Part shown: one piece after another, positions 28,454 to 35,883 of the stretch
Layout: every line of letters starts with the position of its first letter
Numbering within the stretch: position 1 is the stretch's first letter
From: a virus
Lineage: Duplodnaviria > Caudoviricetes
Direction: 5' to 3' (one strand)
Length of the DNA: 63,380 bases
Virus record (IMG/VR): IMGVR_UViG_3300032046_000023
Location: 1-63,380 of that record
The notes under the pieces: generated by a model
Databases searched by the model: none
Seen by the model: the letters and a program-made list of their open reading frames with translations, nothing else
What the model was told of the DNA's origin: nothing
Position numbers and translations under genes: made by a program

Positions 28454-28852
28454 TTACTCGATCATCCCGTCTTTTGCGATGAGTTGGCAGACGTAAACCC
28501 TATTCGATTCGAGTGCCGCCGTGTTGATCGTCAGCGTCGCCGTCTCGCCGGGATTTACCGGATTCTTTGAGAACGAATATGACCCCACAGGCAGACCGCT
28601 CACTTCGTACACGATCAGTGCATCAAATCCACCGCTCACCGTATTCATCAGCGTGATCGTCCCCGTCTCGCCCTTGTTCAATGTGAGCGTCGCGGGTGTG
28701 AGTGTCACCGCGAAATCGCCGGTCACGTTGACCGTCACCGTGAACTGGTACTGGTGTTCAATCGACGGCTTATGGGCGATGATCCGGGCAAGGGCGAATC
28801 CCAAGCCTACGAACAGCACCGCCGCCAGAATCCAGACCCAAAGTTTCTTCAT
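28454..28852 (-). CDS. Membrane-anchored Ig-like protein
   Basis: N-terminal TM segment; GDF...P.TLT...G....T...SGLP.G...NPGET.TLTI. Confidence 0.65.
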   Translation of the reverse strand: MKKLWVWILAAVLFVGLGFALARIIAHKPSIEHQYQFTVTVNVTGDFAVTLTPATLTLNKGETGTITLMNTVSGGFDALIVYEVSGLPVGSYSFSKNPVNPGETATLTINTAALESNRVYVCQLIAKDGMIE

Positions 28853-28876
28853 CGTCCCTCTCCTATTCTCGCGTCC

Positions 28877-29278
28877 TTACGCAACGGCTCTGATTTCGAG
28901 TACATCGGTAGCCGGGAAGTTGACCGTATTGCCCGCCGTCAGCGTTTGCAACGTCAATGTCCCGATTAAAAGGATGGTCGTCGTCGCTGAAATCGCAAGA
29001 ACATAATACGTTGCGTCCCCGCTGTGATCGACGGTGATTCCGTTCTGCGCCGCGAGAGTAAGCTTGCGCCCCGAGGTATCTCCGGCGGCAGCCGTGAAAT
29101 CTCCGCCTCCGATTGTAGGCGTCAAGATATGTGTCGCCAGATCATAGGTCGCCGACGCATTCGCATAGGTCGTGGGCGTGTCCTTACAAATGAATAAAAT
29201 TGTGGCCGCCGCAATCGGGCCGAGTTCCAAATCGATGATCGCATCCGGAATAGATTTTGCCATGTTTAGTTCCCCCAA
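28877..29278 (-). CDS. Virion structural protein (likely start 29263)
   Basis: GDTSGRKLT.AA...SG.AT...LTAGNTVNFP; Ala/Thr-rich. Confidence 0.6.
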   Translation of the reverse strand: MGELNMAKSIPDAIIDLELGPIAAATILFICKDTPTTYANASATYDLATHILTPTIGGGDFTAAAGDTSGRKLTLAAQNGITVDHSGDATYYVLAISATTTILLIGTLTLQTLTAGNTVNFPATDVLEIRAVA

Positions 29279-29461
29279 TAGAATTCGGCCCCCATCCCCC
29301 CTTTTGCCGATGGAAGGTGAAGCCGCCTAGACTTGATCGCCTAATGCCTCACAATCGCGCCAGAATCGCTCAGGACGGGCGATCATCGCTTTAACGTCCT
29401 TTGCACGCTTGAAAAATCTCGTAAAATTGCCGCTTTGCTTATAAATGCTTATATATATTAA

Positions 29462-29635
29462 CTATTTGTTCACAGAATCCGTTACCATCTTATTTTTCGT
29501 CGGCGCGTCTACGGCCTTGCCGGCGATTTTCGCCTTTCCTTCCTCGATCATTATTTGGGCAAACCCGTCCGTGGCCGTCATTCTTTGTCCCTTCCGACAA
29601 CAACAGAAGTCCATGATGAATTCGATTTCAATCAT
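29462..29635 (-). CDS. Small capsid-downstream protein (start MIEIEF)
   Basis: G.A...VDAPTKNKM motif typical of small genes following a major capsid gene; overlaps the GT stop region. Confidence 0.5.
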   Translation of the reverse strand: MIEIEFIMDFCCCRKGQRMTATDGFAQIMIEEGKAKIAGKAVDAPTKNKMVTDSVNK

Positions 29636-30785
29636 TGCCCTGCCTGCCGAACCTTTCCTCCAACTGTTTAAATATCGGAATCCAATGCTCTTCCCAAATC
29701 TTTTCCCATTCGTATTCCCGGCCCAATTCCAAAGCCTGTACTTTCCTTGCCGTCCATTCCGCGCCTTTCCAATAGGCATAGGCAATCTCCAACTGTTTTA
29801 AAATCTCGCTCGGCCTAGCCTCCAGCCGCCATGCTTGGTTAAACATCCAAAATAAATCATCGAGCGGATCAACATGGATCAACCAGCCGGATGCGCATAG
29901 TTGACGACTTGTAGTATTATCGGTCACGACGGCCGGGACCCCGCACGCCTGAGCCTCTACGGTCGGGATGCCGAACCCTTCGCCCTTGGTGGCTAAACAA
30001 AAAACGTCCATCGCATTATAGATATCGGCCATCCGGTCGGGACTAATTCTTCCGGTATCATACTTGGCCTGATCGGGTACGAGAATATAATCCGAAACTC
30101 CTACTCCTTGGGCGATCTGAGCATAATTGATCGTGCCGCTTATGATCCCCGGCCAATGCGTATGGATATACAGTCTCGCCTCCGGTCGGCGCTCATGGAA
30201 AACTCGAAAAGCTTGCATGAGAGGGAAAAACCCTTTCCGATCATCGGAATAGTTTAGCCCGACCGATCCGATAAGAAAGTTATCGTCGGTCAACCCCCAT
30301 GCGTCTCTCAATACTTTTCGCCTATCCGGTTTAGGATGGAAGGTCGAGGTCGAGATACCGGGGGGGCCGTATAACGGCGTTAATCCCAATTTCTCAAGCT
30401 CCGCCTTTCCGTGTAGGCTCATGGCGATTTGAACGCCCGTCTTGACGGCCACGTTTGCCAATTTCGCAGGGATGGATTGGGCATCGACCGGAATATAAGC
30501 AACCCATTTATCGACGGGAAAAACCGCTTTGCCGTCCAACTGCCAAATATCCCAAAGCGTGAAAATGAGGTCGAAGTCTTCATCTTTGAGCATGAGATTT
30601 ACATGATCAAGGTTGATTCCCTCGACTATCTCGAAGCCTTCCCAATTCGTCCATTGGTGGTCGATATGCCGGGTTGCGACTCGGACGAAGTGACCCATGT
30701 CTCGCAGTTTCCGAATCATATAACGGGTCAGGATTCCATAGCCCGTCTGGGCCAGGGGGGAGACGCTATGCCAGAGGATTCTCAT
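29628..30785 (-). CDS. GT4-family glycosyltransferase
   Basis: MRILW.S.SP..TGYG, DRKG, GEGFGIPTVEAQACGVP. Confidence 0.9.
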   Translation of the reverse strand: MRILWHSVSPLAQTGYGILTRYMIRKLRDMGHFVRVATRHIDHQWTNWEGFEIVEGINLDHVNLMLKDEDFDLIFTLWDIWQLDGKAVFPVDKWVAYIPVDAQSIPAKLANVAVKTGVQIAMSLHGKAELEKLGLTPLYGPPGISTSTFHPKPDRRKVLRDAWGLTDDNFLIGSVGLNYSDDRKGFFPLMQAFRVFHERRPEARLYIHTHWPGIISGTINYAQIAQGVGVSDYILVPDQAKYDTGRISPDRMADIYNAMDVFCLATKGEGFGIPTVEAQACGVPAVVTDNTTSRQLCASGWLIHVDPLDDLFWMFNQAWRLEARPSEILKQLEIAYAYWKGAEWTARKVQALELGREYEWEKIWEEHWIPIFKQLEERFGRQGND

Positions 30786-30787
30786 GG

Positions 30788-31033
30788 TTAATCATCGACT
30801 ATTTCACAATGTTCCCAATCCAGGTCTTTGACATGTTCTTCGCCGAATTGTTTTGCTATGAACTCTTTTGCCCATTCTAATTTTGCCGCTTCGGAAATCA
30901 TGTCTTCTCCGCGTGGGTGTTTAAATTCAAATCTTTCTTCGACAAGTTTTCCGAGATCATCTTGAAGTTTCACATAATGGCCGCAACATCCCGTATCGCA
31001 TCCGTATAAACCATGATAAACAATGATTTTCAT
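30788..31033 (-). CDS. Hypothetical protein with GCDTGCCGH motif
   Basis: Cys cluster; translationally coupled. Confidence 0.55.
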   Translation of the reverse strand: MKIIVYHGLYGCDTGCCGHYVKLQDDLGKLVEERFEFKHPRGEDMISEAAKLEWAKEFIAKQFGEEHVKDLDWEHCEIVDD

Positions 31034-31131
31034 TATCGTTTTTTGGATAATTTATATATGATCCAATTGATCCCATAAATTATTTTCACGATTGGAATGA
31101 ATAAAATTTCCAGGAATCTTTGCATAGTCAT
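31033..31131 (-). CDS. 32-aa hydrophobic micropeptide
   Basis: MTMQRFLEILFIPIVKIIYGINWIIYKLSKKR, with RBS; below the ORF-track cutoff. Confidence 0.55.
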   Translation of the reverse strand: MTMQRFLEILFIPIVKIIYGINWIIYKLSKKR

Positions 31132-31138
31132 CTTTCCC

Positions 31139-31231
31139 TTATCTCTTTTTTGATAATTTTGATATTAACCAATTATAACCACGCCACAATAAATAGATCG
31201 GAATTAATAGAATTCTTAAAAGTCTTTGCAT
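31139..31231 (-). CDS. 30-aa hydrophobic micropeptide (paralogue of the previous one)
   Basis: MQRLLRILLIPIYLLWRGYNWLISKLSKKR. Confidence 0.55.
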   Translation of the reverse strand: MQRLLRILLIPIYLLWRGYNWLISKLSKKR

Positions 31232-31237
31232 GGTTTT

Positions 31238-32389
31238 TTACTTCCTGAGTCTTCTCTCCAGGTTTTCCATTATCGGTATCCAATACTTAGGCCATACCGT
31301 ATCCCAATCGTATTCAAGTACACCCTGCCTAGCCTCGGCTTTCATCTCCGCATAATCCGGCTCGTTCCAGGCCAGCCAAGCCTCCTCGAGTTTCGAGGCT
31401 ATATCAATCGGGCTGGGGTTCGCATACCACGTGCTCGTTATCGTCCCCCATTGCAGATTGTCTTCACCCGCCGGAATAAGCCAACCCGTTTTAACCAACT
31501 CGGGACATGATGTGCAATTCGTCGCTATCACGGGAACGCTGCAAGCTTGGGCTTCCAATATCGGCAAACAGAAACTCTCCCCTTTCGTCGGCAAACAGAA
31601 AATATCAAAAGCATTATAAATCCTTCGCAAATCATCAACCGGAAGTCTGCCTAAAAAGTAATCCATCTGGTTCGGCCAGCCGATCAAGCCGTCCAATTCC
31701 AGCGAGTGAGCGATAAGCGCGTAGTTGTGCCGGGGATATATCCCCCGCTCGTTGGCAAAGGTGCAAATGAAAAGCCGAGCCTCGTTATGTTCGGCATGGA
31801 ACCGCTTGAACGCCTGCATGAGCGGGATGAATCCTTTAACGTCGTCCGGGTAGTTGACCCCCAGCGAACCTATAACGAAATTTTCGGAAGTCCAACCCGT
31901 ATCCGTCCGCAATTCCAACCCGGCACTTTCATCCGGCCTGAAATTATGAGTGTTCAAACCATGCGGAGCATACAGACAATCGTAACCTTCCCGCCGTATC
32001 TGTTCACAACCGAAGGCGGTCATGGCAATTTGGATCCCCGTATTCTTCATTACTTTCTTCATCGCATAGGGCATCTCATTCGTATTCGTCGGGGCATAGG
32101 CAACCCATTTCTTTTTAGGAAACGGGGTTTTGCCCCATAAATCCCACAACTCGCAGAAGGTTATGACATAATCGAAATCTTCATCCTCGATCATCCGATT
32201 GAGGAAATGGAGGTCCGTACCGAGTACGATTTCGAGTCCGTCCGGCGTAACCTCATGCTTTAAATATTCGTGTTTCGTGGCGACTCGAACGAAATGTCCG
32301 GCTTGTTGCAACCGCTTGACGATTTCCTTGGTAACGATTCCATAAGCGGTCCGTACTTCGGGCGATGAACTATACCAGAGGATTCTCAT
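31238..32389 (-). CDS. GT4-family glycosyltransferase
   Basis: MRILWYSSSP..TAYG, GESFCLPILEAQACSVP; paralogue of 29628..30785. Confidence 0.9.
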   Translation of the reverse strand: MRILWYSSSPEVRTAYGIVTKEIVKRLQQAGHFVRVATKHEYLKHEVTPDGLEIVLGTDLHFLNRMIEDEDFDYVITFCELWDLWGKTPFPKKKWVAYAPTNTNEMPYAMKKVMKNTGIQIAMTAFGCEQIRREGYDCLYAPHGLNTHNFRPDESAGLELRTDTGWTSENFVIGSLGVNYPDDVKGFIPLMQAFKRFHAEHNEARLFICTFANERGIYPRHNYALIAHSLELDGLIGWPNQMDYFLGRLPVDDLRRIYNAFDIFCLPTKGESFCLPILEAQACSVPVIATNCTSCPELVKTGWLIPAGEDNLQWGTITSTWYANPSPIDIASKLEEAWLAWNEPDYAEMKAEARQGVLEYDWDTVWPKYWIPIMENLERRLRK

Positions 32390-32427
32390 TTCTTTAATCG
32401 CCTTTCCAGGTTTTCCATTATCGGCGG

Positions 32428-32643
32428 TTAATATGGTTTTCTTGTATGTGGAATAGATATAAAATATCGTATGTCTAATAAGACTTCTAAAATGAGTCGG
32501 AGATTGTCATTCAATATACTTAAATCCTGTACCTGAATTAAACTTGTTGAATTGAGACTGCCAAAAGAACGAAAAGAAGATAAGAGATTTCTCCCATCTC
32601 GCTCTATGCCTTCCGAAGATAAAATATCCTTTTCATATTTCAT
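32428..32643 (-). CDS. Hypothetical protein
   Basis: GGAGG RBS; ILEVLLDIR. Confidence 0.5.
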   Translation of the reverse strand: MKYEKDILSSEGIERDGRNLLSSFRSFGSLNSTSLIQVQDLSILNDNLRLILEVLLDIRYFISIPHTRKPY

Positions 32644-32673
32644 CCAGACCTCCTGAGATTAGGATAGGAATAG

Positions 32674-32699
32674 AGGGAGCGACCTTTCGGCCGCCCCCT
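32674..32699 (-). terminator. GC-rich hairpin with GAAA loop after the capsid/decoration genes
   Basis: AGGGGGCGGCC-GAAA-GGTCGCTCCCT; weak U-tract. Confidence 0.5.
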
Positions 32700-32737
32700 T
32701 CCCCTATTTGCTTAAACAGCCGGTTCACGCCCGCGTA

Positions 32738-33169
32738 TTATGCGGGCAGAGAGGCTTGCTTGTATCTTGCCCTCATCTGGAGTTGAATCAGACCGCCAAT
32801 TCCGGCACTTGTGGAATCGGCAGCGTATAACTTGAACCCAACATACTGATAACCGGCAGAAAGATCCTCACCGCGAACCTGGCAAACCAGAGTATCGGTA
32901 TCACTGGTAGCCGCAGCCGTGAAGTGATCGTGGGCCGCAAGCGAGGCCGAACCGCCTCCGCCCGTGGCCGTAGCTTCATAGGCCGTCAACGTAATAACCA
33001 CCCCGGATGCGACATTGGTAATGTGAGCGATCCCGACCACGAGATCATAGTTTGCCGTATCAACAAAGGCCGCAGAAGAGATCGTGTCGGCCGTTTCCCC
33101 GCCGAGCGATGTAGTCTTGGCCCCGTATGAGGTGCGAACATTATCTGTGAATTTGTGAATGTTTCCCAT
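32738..33169 (-). CDS. Capsid decoration / cement-like protein
   Basis: Ala/Thr-rich beta protein directly after the capsid genes, ending ARY..P. Confidence 0.7.
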   Translation of the reverse strand: MGNIHKFTDNVRTSYGAKTTSLGGETADTISSAAFVDTANYDLVVGIAHITNVASGVVITLTAYEATATGGGGSASLAAHDHFTAAATSDTDTLVCQVRGEDLSAGYQYVGFKLYAADSTSAGIGGLIQLQMRARYKQASLPA

Positions 33170-33187
33170 TCTTTATCTCCCTTAAAC

Positions 33188-34213
33188 TTAGCTCGCCGCC
33201 GTCAGACAGACAAACGAGCTTAACGTATTTGTTCCAAGTTTCGGCGTAACGGGATTGACCATTAAAGGTTGCCCGTCCGTCCTGAGAATCACCCGCCAGA
33301 AGGTCTCATCCGTTAAAAAACCATAACTGCCGGGTACGTCTCTCGACGCCGAGATTTCAATACTTCTATCGGCTATGACATAGTGACTAAAGTCGGCCAG
33401 GATGACATCCCCGGTCGCACCGAGAACGGCGCATTTTTCAGTAGCAATGATCGGCCTGCCGAAACAAGCGAAATCGGCTAAGTTCATAATCCCGGCCGTA
33501 CCGGCAGCCGCAGCGTTGGCAATCCCGTTTAATACCATAGGATTGAACAGCCAAACCGCATTCTGCCAAGAACCGGGAAGTAATCTGCAACCCAAGTTTC
33601 CTATATCTGCAATATCGAAATAGCCTATCGATCTTCTGGCCGTCGAAATCATCGCCCCGGAAGGCATTATCCCCAAAGGTTGGTTGCCGCCCGTGCCCCA
33701 AATGAAGTAGTAATCTTCCTCGAATGCCAACGCCCGACCGAATGAAAGCTTCATAAAGTTACCAAAGTTCTCATAGTCGGCCGTCAGTTCATTCGAAACC
33801 CACATACTACCGATTAATTTATGGGGCGTGAGTTCCAATTCTCCCAATGCGGGTTTAGTAACTCCCGAGGTTTTGCTTGCCGCCTCAGCCGCCCAGGTGA
33901 AAGTGATGCCGCCGAAATAACTTGTGGCCCGCGTTGATTCCACGAGCCTCCGTATTTTCAGCGAATCTCCATTGCACTTGAGGACGATCGCCCTTGGACG
34001 GACTATCGCATTTTCCATCACTACCGATAGAATCTCGTCGGCCCATTCCTCCGGGCAAAGAAAGCCCCCTTGTGCATCATCGCCTATCTCCATATGCCCC
34101 GTAGTCTTCTGTCTAACCAACCGATTATCCGGTACACCCGCGAGACAAGCCAGACGGACATGATGCAGGAATTCCTCAAACGACTTGAATCCGCCTTTTC
34201 TATCTGTTTCCAT
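33188..34213 (-). CDS. Major capsid protein paralogue 2 (HK97 fold, short N-terminus)
   Basis: GGFLCPEE, ELTPHKL, S.EL..D, G.GG.QPLGI, GRP, GD..DF..Y...DR. Confidence 0.9.
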   Translation of the reverse strand: METDRKGGFKSFEEFLHHVRLACLAGVPDNRLVRQKTTGHMEIGDDAQGGFLCPEEWADEILSVVMENAIVRPRAIVLKCNGDSLKIRRLVESTRATSYFGGITFTWAAEAASKTSGVTKPALGELELTPHKLIGSMWVSNELTADYENFGNFMKLSFGRALAFEEDYYFIWGTGGNQPLGIMPSGAMISTARRSIGYFDIADIGNLGCRLLPGSWQNAVWLFNPMVLNGIANAAAAGTAGIMNLADFACFGRPIIATEKCAVLGATGDVILADFSHYVIADRSIEISASRDVPGSYGFLTDETFWRVILRTDGQPLMVNPVTPKLGTNTLSSFVCLTAAS

Positions 34214-34225
34214 TATCTACCTCAA

Positions 34226-35485
34226 TTAGCTTGTTGCCGCTTCCAAAACCACGAACGGCGAATAGGTATGTGTGCCGGAATGAGCCGTCAGCGTGTTTGC
34301 GGGCCAACATTGACCGGCTACGCGAAGGACAAACCGCCAACAGGTCTCATCAGACGTGAAAGCAACGTGCGTCGAAGCATCGATTGTAATCGGTTGTCTG
34401 TCGCCGATCAGATAATAGCGAAAATCAAAAAAGCCGATATCACCCTGTACTCCCAATTCAGACAACTTTTCCGTGATAAGAACGGGTCGTCCGAAGATCG
34501 TCCAGGTAGGCCCAATCTTTGCATCGGGTTGCCAATTCAGGATTTTTCCGCTTGCAGCCGCAGCATTGCCTGTCCCCATTTGCAGCAATTCGGTCATAGC
34601 CGTCGGGTTAATGACCCAATAGGCATAACCGAGCGAAGACGGAAGCATCCCCTGATACATCTCAGTCAGGTCTTCATAGTAAATGTGGAGCAACGTGTGG
34701 CGGTGAATCGTCTTCAAGCCGGGGCAATTAAGAATCCCCAACGGCTGTCCGCCGCCTACTCCGGCCAGGAACGCATGATCCTCGAACCAACCCCAAGCCG
34801 AACCAAACTGCCGCCGAATCAACGGTTCCAGCGCGACGGCCGAATCCGCAAGTAATTCATTGGACGTATAAGTCAGACCTGCGAGTTTGTGAGGCGTGAG
34901 TTCCATCTGTCCGAAAGTGGCCTTGGAGGGCGTTTTTGTGGCAGCCTCGGCCGTCCAATAAGCAATGACCCCGCCGTAAACCGAAGTGACGTGGCTGGTA
35001 TCGTTGACAAACGGGATCTTGAGCGAATCGCTTATCATGGGCAGGACCGTCGCATAAGGCCGGACGATGGAATTTTCCAGGGCGATCTCATAGAGTTCGG
35101 CTCTATATACTTCAGGCACTAAAAACCCACCCTGGGCGTCGTCCCCGATTTCCATATGGCCCGTTGTCTTTTCAACAGTACCGGGTAGCCAGGTAAGCCG
35201 CTCATCTTTGTAGCCGGGAACCGTCCGCGTTCTGCGAACACTGAGCAGAAATTCTCCACCGCTTTTGAATTCCTTGGCCTTTCTTTCGGCCTCCATAATT
35301 TCAGGTGCAACGCCCAACTGATCTTTGATTCCCTTGATAGCGGTATCGAGCTGTTCTTTGAGCTGGTCTTTAATGTAAGGATCGGCAACGCTTTTGATAA
35401 TGGCAGCTGTTTTAGCTTCCAATGAAGCATCGACTTCCACTGCGACTTTATTTTTAACGAGTTCTTGTAACTCTTTCTCTGTCAT
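34226..35485 (-). CDS. Major capsid protein (HK97 fold, N-terminal delta-like helical domain; start MTEKEL)
   Basis: GGFLVPE, TSNELLADS, FGRPV, GDIGFFDF; GGAG RBS before 35485. Confidence 0.93.
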   Translation of the reverse strand: MTEKELQELVKNKVAVEVDASLEAKTAAIIKSVADPYIKDQLKEQLDTAIKGIKDQLGVAPEIMEAERKAKEFKSGGEFLLSVRRTRTVPGYKDERLTWLPGTVEKTTGHMEIGDDAQGGFLVPEVYRAELYEIALENSIVRPYATVLPMISDSLKIPFVNDTSHVTSVYGGVIAYWTAEAATKTPSKATFGQMELTPHKLAGLTYTSNELLADSAVALEPLIRRQFGSAWGWFEDHAFLAGVGGGQPLGILNCPGLKTIHRHTLLHIYYEDLTEMYQGMLPSSLGYAYWVINPTAMTELLQMGTGNAAAASGKILNWQPDAKIGPTWTIFGRPVLITEKLSELGVQGDIGFFDFRYYLIGDRQPITIDASTHVAFTSDETCWRFVLRVAGQCWPANTLTAHSGTHTYSPFVVLEAATS

Positions 35486-35883
35486 CAGAATTATCTCCAA
35501 ACTGCCGACGTTTGAGATTTCGGATATAGGACTATCCATTGCCTAGGTTTGCTTGGATATCTCCGGCGATGTTCGGCCCGGCTAACGGCTCAAGAATGGC
35601 TCATGGCCATTTCCGTGCCATTTCCACCGGGATTAGATATCGCCTAATATCTCCCCGCCCCCCGACGGGGATAGTTGTTGACCGATGTCGGCAGGATTAG
35701 CTAATCTCGCTTAGGTTATAAGTGAGAAAGGCTGATCAGATTATAAAGGGAAATAAACAGGACTTACTTGACCATCGCATTCCATTGATTCTCCCGGCCA
35801 ACGCCTAATACCAGAGGGTTTGTGGTTATTTATTTCCCTTAAAATTCCTTATCTGTAAAACTCATTATTATATCTTATCCTCC
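35486..35883 (-). ncRNA. Structured leader RNA upstream of the major capsid gene (candidate)
   Basis: 12-bp IR (35746-57/35829-40), 8-bp IR (35502-09/35687-94), internal hairpins, three GGAGATA copies. Confidence 0.5.

Noticed and set aside
29628-32389. GT4 pair as DNA-glucosylating enzymes
   Set aside because: Located in the late head module with no recognisable hydroxymethylase, TET/JBP or phage polymerase; disfavoured but not formally excluded
35486-35539. N-terminal extensions in the ORF track (capsid from 35539; likewise gp10-like from 25149 and 29785)
   Set aside because: Better RBS or translational coupling at the downstream starts 35485, 24990 and 29635
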